From Planctomycetales bacterium (GTDB taxonomy: Bacteria > 4484-113 > JAFGCY01), in contig CP060262.1 of NCBI GenBank assembly GCA_022646745.1, positions 3,720,001-3,752,000 on the forward strand: a stretch of 32,000 nucleotides of DNA, in the 5' to 3' direction. The notes beneath the pieces were generated by a model. That model made no database searches. It was not told the DNA's origin and saw nothing but the letters and a program-made list of their open reading frames with translations. Position 1 is the first letter of the stretch. Every line of letters starts with the position of its first letter. Both the position numbers and the translations under genes were made by a program. This document shows, piece by piece, positions 24,965-32,000 of the stretch.

Positions 24965-27263
24965 CGAGGATCTCCGGGATGACAATGATATAGATTTCGC
25001 TGCGTTCCTTGACAATGGAGCGCTTGCGGAACAGCTTCTTAACGATCGGCATGTCGCCCAGCAGCGGGACTTTGTCGACATCAATCTGATCCTTCTCGCT
25101 GATCATGCCGGCAAGCACAAAGGGCTCTCCGTCACGCACGTTGACAATCGTCTTCAGGCTGCGGCGCAGGTAGCGCGGAGGATTGAAGGAAGTCCCTCCG
25201 ATCGTTGTGTCATTCACAAGTGTGGTGACTTCAGGCAGGACTGCGATTGTCAGCAGGTCGTCTCCGCTTATGATTGGCTTGAAGCGAAGCGTAACCCCGA
25301 TGTTCAGGTAACTGACATTGTCTGTCACCTTTGTCGTATTGTTGTTCAAATACTCTTCGGACTGAATATAAGGCACCCTGTCTATTGCGCTGTAAACAGC
25401 TTCGAAGTTCTCGATAGTGCTCAGGTCCGGTTCGGCAAGTAATGTGATTTCACCATCACGAATCAGTGTGTCAAGGCTGGCACTGAAGTTGAGACCGTTA
25501 TCCCTGGTGTAACCCTCAATTGAGTCAGTCTCATAACGATTGTTCTTGCCAAGAAACTCAGTAAATGTTGTTGCAATGCTATCTGAGGTGATATCCATGC
25601 CGAGCTGTTTCCGAGCCCGTTCACTGAATTCACAAACCCGGACTTTGAGTTTGATTCCCCTCGGCCTGCGGTCCAGGCCACGAATGATCTGCATTACACG
25701 GCTCAGGGACTCTTCACTTGGAGCTGTGACCACTATGGAATTCTGTGATATCAGGATGTTCTTCTTGCTAGCATCGTCCGGATTGAAGAAATCGCCAAAC
25801 ATATTTACTTGGGACTCCGGAAGATTCTTTTCAGCAGGTGAAATTCGTTTCTCCAGTTCTGAATTGTCAAGATTGCTAGCTTTGGTCTTTGGCTTATCTG
25901 CTGTTTCCCCGTTTTCTGGAATAGTCCCTGATTCGGGAGTTCCGTTTGCTGGAGGTGCTGCGCCTTCTTGCTTAGTACCATTATCTCCTCCACTTCCAGT
26001 TGGATTTGCATTTCCAGGTGCTCCCGCAATATTATTGTTTCCTTTGCCCGGGTTCTCTTCTCCACTAATCAGCTTAAGTAATTTTTCAATACACATTCCG
26101 AAAGACGGATCAAGCTTGCTATTTATCTTTTCAAGTTGCTTGGAGATTTCTGCTAATTCCGTAGAGAAAGTCTCAATTTCTTTAGGCAAGTCATCATAAT
26201 TCTCAATCATTGTCACTCTAAGCCATTTCAATTCACTCTTTAGCTCAACTAGATTAATTTTATCTAAATCAGCGAGTAGCTTTTTCAAATTTGCAACATC
26301 AACATTCAGCTTCTTGGTTTCCGCATTGGCTTCCTTGAGGGACTTTATCAGTCCAGGAATTTCAGAAATCTCAACCGAGACAATTCCTTTACTCTTTCCA
26401 TTGACAATACTATAGGAATTGCCGGACTGATCCATCATCAGTACCCCTTCAAATTCCTCGGAATAGGCAGGGGCAATATTCGTCAGCCACTGCAGCGCCA
26501 TCTTGCTTGTGATGAAATGCAGATCCACCCTGCCAACCGCCGGTCTGTCCCTCTCGTATTCTTGTAACTTTCCTTCCTTGTCCAGCTTTGGCATATGCAG
26601 GTTTCTCTGCATGTTGCCAATATCGACCACGGCGCTCGTTTGCTGAGGCACACCAATCCGTGGCATGCGTAACATGTATAGAAAGCCACCACCAGGCTTC
26701 TGCTGGTTGCCCTCAACTTCCACAATGCTGACGCCCAGCCGGTTGAGGTCGGTTGAATCAACGAAGCTGATCAACAGGCCATTGCCAAAACCCTTACGGT
26801 AGCAGGGTAATACTTCCCGGGCCAGACTACAACATTGCCGACACCCACAGGTATCACCGGGAAAGCCCTGGCATCTGTGACAGGAATCAGAGCTGCCATA
26901 GACACCACAGCTGCAGGGAGCATCCGTGCAACGACAGGTCAATAAGCCTGCCTGGAAATCAAGATCCTTCGAATGTACAAAGAGGCAATTGGAAAACTTC
27001 CATTTCTCAATCTGCCAATGCACTCGCTGATCAGTGCTGATGAACAGCAGATCCGATCCGCATTGCGAACACGATTTAAGGCACTCGTCTCCGCGCATCG
27101 ACTCGGGATTGAAATCCAGGCATGCTTCGCATTCCGAACAACTGCCAGATGAATCACATGTACTGTAATAGCCCATGACAGTTGAAGCTTCGGCTGCAAT
27201 CAGGAATGCAGGCTGTACCAGTAACGCAATCAACATCAGGCATAGAAAACTAGCTTTCCTCAT
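24957..27263 (-). CDS. Secretin-family outer-membrane channel (GspD/PilQ-like C-terminal domain) with an atypical Cys-rich, coiled-coil and disordered N-terminal region
   Basis: The signal peptide is MRKASFLCLMLIALLVQPAFLIAAEAS. About 130 aa follow with ~30 Cys (CSECEAC, CLKSCSQC, CRCTDAPCSCG, CHRCQGFPGDTCGCRQCC). Next comes a heptad-like region (LKEANAETKKLNVDVANLKKLLADLDKINLVELKSELKWL) and a G/N/P/T-rich linker. A secretin N-type domain follows (IVVTAPSEESLSRVMQIIRGLDRRPRGIKLKVRVCEF). The canonical secretin core ends VNVRDGEPFVLAGMISEKDQIDVDKVPLLGDMPIVKKLFRKRS...EIYIIVIPEIL. Confidence 0.85.
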   Translation of the reverse strand: MRKASFLCLMLIALLVQPAFLIAAEASTVMGYYSTCDSSGSCSECEACLDFNPESMRGDECLKSCSQCGSDLLFISTDQRVHWQIEKWKFSNCLFVHSKDLDFQAGLLTCRCTDAPCSCGVYGSSDSCHRCQGFPGDTCGCRQCCSLAREVLPCYRKGFGNGLLISFVDSTDLNRLGVSIVEVEGNQQKPGGGFLYMLRMPRIGVPQQTSAVVDIGNMQRNLHMPKLDKEGKLQEYERDRPAVGRVDLHFITSKMALQWLTNIAPAYSEEFEGVLMMDQSGNSYSIVNGKSKGIVSVEISEIPGLIKSLKEANAETKKLNVDVANLKKLLADLDKINLVELKSELKWLRVTMIENYDDLPKEIETFSTELAEISKQLEKINSKLDPSFGMCIEKLLKLISGEENPGKGNNNIAGAPGNANPTGSGGDNGTKQEGAAPPANGTPESGTIPENGETADKPKTKASNLDNSELEKRISPAEKNLPESQVNMFGDFFNPDDASKKNILISQNSIVVTAPSEESLSRVMQIIRGLDRRPRGIKLKVRVCEFSERARKQLGMDITSDSIATTFTEFLGKNNRYETDSIEGYTRDNGLNFSASLDTLIRDGEITLLAEPDLSTIENFEAVYSAIDRVPYIQSEEYLNNNTTKVTDNVSYLNIGVTLRFKPIISGDDLLTIAVLPEVTTLVNDTTIGGTSFNPPRYLRRSLKTIVNVRDGEPFVLAGMISEKDQIDVDKVPLLGDMPIVKKLFRKRSIVKERSEIYIIVIPEILDE

Positions 27264-27301
27264 CCAGCACCTCTCTGAAATGACAAGCCAATCTTATGGC
27301 T

Positions 27302-27336
27302 GGCAATTCAAGATGATGTTAGGCAATTCTCAAGAT
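27302..27336. promoter_or_regulatory. Direct repeat pair in the secretin upstream region; candidate response-regulator site
   Basis: ggcaattcaagat (27302-27314) and ggcaattctcaagat (27322-27336) start 20 nt apart, about two helical turns. They lie 39-73 nt upstream of the secretin ATG at 27263. Confidence 0.35.
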
Positions 27337-27344
27337 TAAATCAA
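27316..27344 (-). promoter_or_regulatory. Sigma70-like promoter candidate for the secretin / PKD-lipoprotein pair
   Basis: On the minus strand: TTGATT (27344-27339), a 17-nt spacer, then TAACAT (27321-27316). A GAGAGG RBS lies 7 nt before the ATG. The direct repeats overlap the spacer and the predicted transcription start. Confidence 0.3.
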
Positions 27345-27448
27345 GTCTTTTTCGTGATGTTGACAACAAGCCAATAAACCAGGGGAATACTTATGCAATT
27401 TTGATAATGTTTCACGGAGAAAAACAAGTGTGGATTCAAGCGCTTAAC

Positions 27449-28495
27449 TTAAGCACTCGGCAGTTCTACAATGAATGTGCTGCCAACAGCGACAGCGCTT
27501 TCCAGCCTGACACTGCCACCAAGCTGTTTGACAACGCTGTGCACCTTGCTAAGTCCGAGGCCCGCCCCCTGGTAATCTCCCGCGCGAGCGGCGCTTGCCC
27601 GGAAGAAGCGTTCGAAGATGCGCGGCTGCTCATCTGCCGGGATTCCGATTCCGCTGTCGTGTACAGACAACAAGACTGAACTTTCTGCAAGGTCCAGACT
27701 GACATGTACTTCTCCACCATGCGGTGAGTACTTGATCGCATTGTCAATGAGGTTGTAAATCACTTCATGCAGCGCAGGCTTATTTGCAAAGACCCTGGGC
27801 AGAACATCCACAACTGTAAGTTGAAGCTTTACATCTGACTTTGCTGCGCTTTCACGCCGGCTGTCAATGACATCCTCAGTAATCTGTCTGATATCAGTGG
27901 CCTCCAGCGGATCCGGGAATCCTGCTCTATCCAACCGGGAGAGGAAAAACAGATCGTTGATGGTGCGATTCAAACTGCCCGTCAGTCGCATGATGTTCCC
28001 GAGGTATTCATCTGTCTTACCCTGGCCGTCAGGCATAGCAATCTGAAGGGTTTCGGCATAACCCCTGATACTGGCAAGTGGCGTCTTCATTGAATGTGCC
28101 AGGCTGTCAATCAGTTGCCAATGCTCCTCGTCTTGCCTGCGTCGCTCAGCTCTGTCAAGGTGAATCAACAAAACACCTCCCTCAAGACCCAACACCAGAC
28201 TATCTAGGAATTGTGTGGCCACCGATCCATCAATCTCTATACGTTCACCAGCTGCAGGCATATTTAGTAGAACATGCTCAATGGAAGTCGACCGCAAGGA
28301 TGGCAGCATCTCAAGGAATTGGAGCGGAAACTTCGGCTCCGACAGCAGTGAATGCAGCTGGCGGAATTCCATGTTGGCATTCAATGCGAGACACTCTGAG
28401 CTCAGCAGGCATGCAGGATGCTTCAGGGCGGAACAGAGATCCAGCATGGCTTCGCCATGTAGTTGAACGCTCTTACTGTGCGAGTAAGGTAGCAC
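27449..28495 (-). CDS. Soluble (no TM segment) sensor histidine kinase, HisKA + HATPase_c
   Basis: The H-box is LAHSMKTPLASIRGYAETL and the N-box is NLIDNAIKYSPHGG. G1 is DSGIGIP..FERFFR and G2 is GAGLGLSKV. The ~130-aa N-terminal region has no hydrophobic helices. The start is either GTG 28495 or ATG 28447. Confidence 0.85.
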   Translation of the reverse strand: MLPYSHSKSVQLHGEAMLDLCSALKHPACLLSSECLALNANMEFRQLHSLLSEPKFPLQFLEMLPSLRSTSIEHVLLNMPAAGERIEIDGSVATQFLDSLVLGLEGGVLLIHLDRAERRRQDEEHWQLIDSLAHSMKTPLASIRGYAETLQIAMPDGQGKTDEYLGNIMRLTGSLNRTINDLFFLSRLDRAGFPDPLEATDIRQITEDVIDSRRESAAKSDVKLQLTVVDVLPRVFANKPALHEVIYNLIDNAIKYSPHGGEVHVSLDLAESSVLLSVHDSGIGIPADEQPRIFERFFRASAARAGDYQGAGLGLSKVHSVVKQLGGSVRLESAVAVGSTFIVELPSA

Positions 28496-28509
28496 TAATG
28501 AACAGCATA

Positions 28510-29211
28510 TCAGGCATCACCGCCCGATCCATCGAAGCGATATCCCACACCCCACTTGGTGCGGATGAACCTTCGGGCAGTACCCAGTGCCTGGCGAATG
28601 GAGCTGATGTGCACATCTATGTTGTGCGTATCTACATAAACATCATCACCAATCGCCAGATTGATCAACTGGTCACGAGTAAAAACCCGACCATCATGCT
28701 CTGCTAGGGTTTGCAGCAAGCGGAACTGTGTGGCGGTCAGGTTTATGGGAATCCCGTGAACCGTTACTTCATGCCCCAGCGTGTCAATACTGAGCTCCTC
28801 GAAGCAAAGCTGGCTACCCTTTTCCATTCCACGACTCATCCTTCGTTGAAGGGCCCGTACACGGGCAACCATTTCCCTTACACCAAATGGCTTGGTCATG
28901 TAGTCATCTGCACCAAGTTCAAGGCCACTGACTACGTCCGCCTCCTCTCCGCGGGAGGAAATTATCATAACTGGCACATTGGCCGTCTTACGACTGGCCC
29001 GCATGGCACGGCATACATCCAGGCCCTGCATGCCTGGCAACATGAGATCCAGCAGCAGCATATCCGGTGGAGACGCAAGAACTCGTTCGAGACCCTGAGT
29101 TCCATCACGGTCATGCGTGACACTGTACCCGGAATTGCTGAGATTCTCCGTGAGAATCTCCACCAGGTCGGCATCGTCTTCGATTATGTGGATTGATGCG
29201 GGAGGTGTCAT
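28510..29211 (-). CDS. OmpR/PhoB-family response regulator
   Basis: ATG 29211 is preceded by AGGA; the track start 29409 over-extends into the S8 gene. Receiver residues are present (IIEDD, LLLDLMLPG, IISSRG, YMTKPF). The winged-helix C-terminus includes LTATQFRLL...VDVHISSIRQAL...IRTKWGVGYRF. Confidence 0.9.
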   Translation of the reverse strand: MTPPASIHIIEDDADLVEILTENLSNSGYSVTHDRDGTQGLERVLASPPDMLLLDLMLPGMQGLDVCRAMRASRKTANVPVMIISSRGEEADVVSGLELGADDYMTKPFGVREMVARVRALQRRMSRGMEKGSQLCFEELSIDTLGHEVTVHGIPINLTATQFRLLQTLAEHDGRVFTRDQLINLAIGDDVYVDTHNIDVHISSIRQALGTARRFIRTKWGVGYRFDGSGGDA

Positions 29212-29236
29212 GAGGTTTTCCTGAGCTTGTAAGCAA

Positions 29237-30721
29237 TCATCTTCTACATAGGACCTTGATTGGCTTGTTAAAAAGGGAATACTTGCTTTCCGTACCAAGA
29301 TTCCTTTCCCTGGCGATACTATCGACAACAGACAGACCATTGCTTTTGATACTCCAGAAGTTGTTTGCAAGGCAACCAGCAAGGATTGGTGCAGCAAAAC
29401 TGGTGCCACTTTCTATCTTCAACTCACCATTCTTATCAATTGTGGGAACTCTTTCTCCTGGAGCATATACCTTCACATTATCAGACCTGTTTGAGCTGAC
29501 TGAAACATCAAGGAAAATTCCATTTTCTGACAGCTTGCCACAAAGGGAACCTACCGCAATCACTGAATCTTCCACACCCGGATACTGAATGGACGTTTCC
29601 GAACCGTCATTGCCTGCTGCTGCAACAATTGGCACCCCGATTGTGTCAAAGTACTTCAGAGTTCGTGCTAATCCAATATTCTTTCCCCCTTCATTCTCCC
29701 ATGTCGAAGTAATCACTACCATATTTACGGCATGGGCAGGTTCATCCTCCGTGCGATCTAGCAGGATAGATTCTATCGTAACAGGCTTCCGACCCAATAC
29801 AGAACAGAATGCCCTTAAAATGTCATCTGTGCTTGAATGTGCTCCTTCAGATATCTTGCACGGAAGAATCTTAGTCTTGTGGGATAACCCGATTCTCCTT
29901 TTGACGTGGTTGCAGCTGTATTCCCTTTGGCTGGCAATTAGTGAGGCAACCTGAGTTCCGTGACCGTGGTTGTCAATCGGCGGATCCCAGAACTTCGGTG
30001 GCACATGCCAGTTCAGTGTATGTGACCCAAGATACTGATTAACAGTTTGGAAATTATCTTGATAGATATCGGCTTCGCGCAGGTTTACCCCAGTCCCAAT
30101 TACGCCTATGATCACACAATCTTCTACTTCTGAATCATGCCGCATGCTGTCTTCACACGTACCCAGCATTTCGTACAACCAGCAATCTGAGGTAGAAAGG
30201 TCGCTGTCACCTGCCAGTGATTTTTCAGAAAAGGTTCTTACGGGCTGAGGATCCTGCCACGAGACTAACACTTGATTACGTAACTCCTTATCATTTGACA
30301 TGGACATCTGCCGCAACCATTCCGCAAAGTCACGCTCAGATGCAGGCTCACTATCTGCCGTACATAGAACCGTCACATGCACCAGGGCCGATTCCGCGAA
30401 GTCAAAATACTCAAAGTCAGCTGTACCAGTCTCGCCGATGTAGATCATATATGCTTCCAGCATCTGCACAAGCAGAACGCATATCCACTCCTGACCGATC
30501 GGTTCTCCGTTGGAATACTTTTCCACGAGCTTTACTGTCAAACTGTAAACTTTTTGGAAGATACGAACAAATTTGACGAGACGCTCATGAATTGAGGTTG
30601 TAGCATCATACTTTATGGAGTCTAGAATATTTCTGACGACAGCAATCTGTTCTTTGCTGACTTTGCCTTTATTCCGGACGAAATTGATTTCATATGTTCT
30701 TGTAACCCAATACATACTCAT
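29237..30721 (-). CDS. Cytoplasmic S8 subtilase-like protein with a ~200-aa N-terminal extra domain; catalytic Asp position occupied by Gly
   Basis: The His motif DNHGHGTQVAS, the oxyanion Asn in VAAAGNDG and the Ser motif ESGTSFAAPILAG are all present. The normally conserved (V/I)DTG motif reads VIGTGV, with the Gly codon GGG at 30095-30097. No signal peptide is present. The start is ATG 30721 or 30715 (AAGGA upstream). The track GTG start at 30808 overlaps the upstream gene. Confidence 0.8.
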   Translation of the reverse strand: MSMYWVTRTYEINFVRNKGKVSKEQIAVVRNILDSIKYDATTSIHERLVKFVRIFQKVYSLTVKLVEKYSNGEPIGQEWICVLLVQMLEAYMIYIGETGTADFEYFDFAESALVHVTVLCTADSEPASERDFAEWLRQMSMSNDKELRNQVLVSWQDPQPVRTFSEKSLAGDSDLSTSDCWLYEMLGTCEDSMRHDSEVEDCVIIGVIGTGVNLREADIYQDNFQTVNQYLGSHTLNWHVPPKFWDPPIDNHGHGTQVASLIASQREYSCNHVKRRIGLSHKTKILPCKISEGAHSSTDDILRAFCSVLGRKPVTIESILLDRTEDEPAHAVNMVVITSTWENEGGKNIGLARTLKYFDTIGVPIVAAAGNDGSETSIQYPGVEDSVIAVGSLCGKLSENGIFLDVSVSSNRSDNVKVYAPGERVPTIDKNGELKIESGTSFAAPILAGCLANNFWSIKSNGLSVVDSIARERNLGTESKYSLFNKPIKVLCRR

Positions 30722-30735
30722 TCCTTTGGAATAAA

Positions 30736-31479
30736 CTACGGGCAGGTCCACTCGATACGACACTGATTCGGGCTGCTTAAATCGTAATACGGTTTGTCGT
30801 CTTCCCACTCCGGATCACTATGAGCGTGACCAACAGCTTTGTACGAATTAATGACTTCGTCTTCCAGATATTTTTCTTCCCCACAAGTGAAATCGAGCGA
30901 ACTGCTAATGGAATTCTTCCACAGCCTATCTTTTTCGTCCATAACATAAAACGTCACTTCATAAGGGAATGTCCTTCTGATACAGGGTGTTGAGGGGGTG
31001 CAGATTGCGCATGTGTATGCCTGCCCCGTGCTGAAAGGATCGTGCTTACTAGTTGTTTTGAACCAGGGATATGATCCATCAGTGGGCTTCGGAAGCAGTT
31101 TACCCACAGGGTTTTCTTTTGCATTGACGGGTATAAGCCTGATCTCTGTCAGCACATTATCAATCTGCCCGGAAGAATTCACTGTAAAACGGATTGAGTC
31201 CTTTAGTTCATTAAGTCTTGCCATGAATGCAAACCGGACAAGAACACTGCTGTCATCTTTCACCATAGGTATCACTTTTGCCTGTGGAGTGGATTTTGCA
31301 ATCAGTGTTTCCCTCTCATTGTTCGCATAGTGATGTATTATCACGTTGTAGTGCAAATCTCCGGAAAGTGAGGAATCAAGACCAGCATAATCATTGTCAT
31401 ACAGGTATCGGCAATGACTCATACCATTGTCCGAAGCGAACACTTGAAGTTTCTGATTTGGAATCGATACGATTGTCAT
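30736..31479 (-). CDS. Hypothetical protein (247 aa), no recognisable motif; encoded directly upstream of the S8-like gene
   Basis: The ORF has AAGGAG 6 nt upstream of ATG 31479. It starts 16 nt after the TPR gene stop and ends 14 nt before the S8 start. No signal peptide, TM segment or Walker motif is present. The sequence looks beta-rich, and the C-terminal part has 6 Cys. Confidence 0.7.
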   Translation of the reverse strand: MTIVSIPNQKLQVFASDNGMSHCRYLYDNDYAGLDSSLSGDLHYNVIIHHYANNERETLIAKSTPQAKVIPMVKDDSSVLVRFAFMARLNELKDSIRFTVNSSGQIDNVLTEIRLIPVNAKENPVGKLLPKPTDGSYPWFKTTSKHDPFSTGQAYTCAICTPSTPCIRRTFPYEVTFYVMDEKDRLWKNSISSSLDFTCGEEKYLEDEVINSYKAVGHAHSDPEWEDDKPYYDLSSPNQCRIEWTCP

Positions 31480-31495
31480 GCAATTCTCCTTAGCT

Positions 31496-32000
31496 CTAAT
31501 ATATCGGAGACTCTTTATCCACGGAATTCCGCTGAGCCTGATTGACTTTTAAATCAGTGAGTTGTCTGTGAAAGTCTAGATCTACCGGTCTTCCCAGGGC
31601 CTCATACAGGGCATCAGCTCTGGCCTGGGAATCCTGCCTGCCATGTTCGTCTCCGGCCCGTTGATGAGCCATTGCCAGCATCACGATTGACCGGCCCTCG
31701 AAGATGTGCTCACCCAGTTCATTGAACAGCTCCGCAGATTGACGCAGTTCGTTGATTGCCAGTCCATGCCGCCTATCAGCTGACAATGCCCAGCCTCGTA
31801 CCTGCAGCAGGTAGGCAAACTCCGTAGGATGCTCCTCGCGATCACAACCTGCTCCCAGCAGCTGCAGTTCCTGCTGCGCTGCTTCGGCCTGACCTTCTTC
31901 CAGCAGCATTACTGCCAGATGTATTTTGACCTGATACATCATTCCCGGCAGGAGTCCCTGCTCCACCAGCCCGAGACATTCCGCATAGCGCGCACGGGCC
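31496..32000 (-). CDS. TPR-like helical-repeat protein, C-terminal part only (5' end beyond window)
   Basis: The frame stays open upstream of the track's GTG 31966 all the way to position 32000 (...ARARYAECLGLVEQGLLPGMMYQ...). The sequence has alanine-rich helix-pair repeats (AAQQELQLLGA..., FAYLLQVRGWAL..., AINELRQSAELFNELGE..., SIVMLAMAHQRAGD...). Confidence 0.6.
   Translation of the reverse strand, partial: ARARYAECLGLVEQGLLPGMMYQVKIHLAVMLLEEGQAEAAQQELQLLGAGCDREEHPTEFAYLLQVRGWALSADRRHGLAINELRQSAELFNELGEHIFEGRSIVMLAMAHQRAGDEHGRQDSQARADALYEALGRPVDLDFHRQLTDLKVNQAQRNSVDKESPIY

Larger units (their letters stand above)
21202..31495. other. AT-richer, compositionally mosaic accessory segment (putative horizontally acquired island)
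   Basis: Sampled 60-nt lines are ~37% GC at 26.1 and 30.6 kb, ~42% at 24.3 kb, and ~55-62% in parts of 22.8-23.7 kb and 27.9 kb. The comparison lines at 6.0 and 20.7 kb are ~65%. A/T-ending codons are frequent. No integrase, transposase, tRNA or flanking direct repeat was seen. Confidence 0.5.

Noticed and set aside
24624-26199. Plus-strand ORFs 24624..25442 (272 aa) and 25540..26199 (219 aa), opposite the secretin and PKD genes
   Set aside because: They have no RBS and low-complexity Ser/Leu-rich products. They span the secretin core, whose minus-strand frame carries the canonical motif.
24957-27263. The secretin as part of an integrated filamentous (Inovirus-like) prophage, in the manner of pIV
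   Set aside because: There is no Zot/pI-like ATPase, replication initiator, ssDNA-binding protein or small coat protein gene nearby. At 768 aa with a Cys-rich N-terminal region, the gene is unlike pIV.
1-32000. CRISPR arrays, rRNA or tRNA genes, IS elements, transposases and integrases
   Set aside because: Reading both strands, I saw no regularly spaced direct repeats, no conserved rRNA or tRNA sequence blocks, and no DDE, tyrosine or serine recombinase motifs. A proper tRNAscan, Infernal or ISfinder run is still advisable.

Overview
This is a 32-kb bacterial chromosomal window that I cannot assign to a taxon from sequence alone. Sampled 60-nt lines are about 60-65% GC at 6.0 kb and 20.7 kb. 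The first ~21 kb carries housekeeping genes: a CaCA Na+/Ca2+ antiporter, typA/bipA, an MDR-family oxidoreductase, and a four-gene 2-oxoacid:ferredoxin oxidoreductase operon. In that operon the delta subunit is fused to a GltD/NfnB-like flavoprotein. These genes are interleaved with large predicted secreted proteins or lipoproteins: a 1667-aa orphan, a protein with repeated GD..AGDGIY motifs, and two paralogous PKD plus beta-propeller-like proteins. One of the two paralogs runs off the left edge and is missing from the ORF track. A small Cys-rich secreted protein also lies here. After a strong terminator at ~21.2 kb the sequence becomes visibly more AT-rich and mosaic; sampled lines are ~37% GC at 26.1 and 30.6 kb and up to ~55-62% in parts of the PKD and kinase genes. 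This stretch carries the most interesting content, a co-directional minus-strand cluster. In transcription order it encodes a TPR-like protein (5' end off window), a 247-aa unknown, a cytoplasmic S8 subtilase-like protein with Gly at the catalytic Asp position, an OmpR-type response regulator, a soluble histidine kinase, a chimeric secretin with a Cys-rich N-terminal region, and a translationally coupled eight-module PKD-like lipoprotein. No secretion ATPase, platform or pilin gene is visible. I found no rRNA, tRNA, CRISPR array, transposase or integrase.
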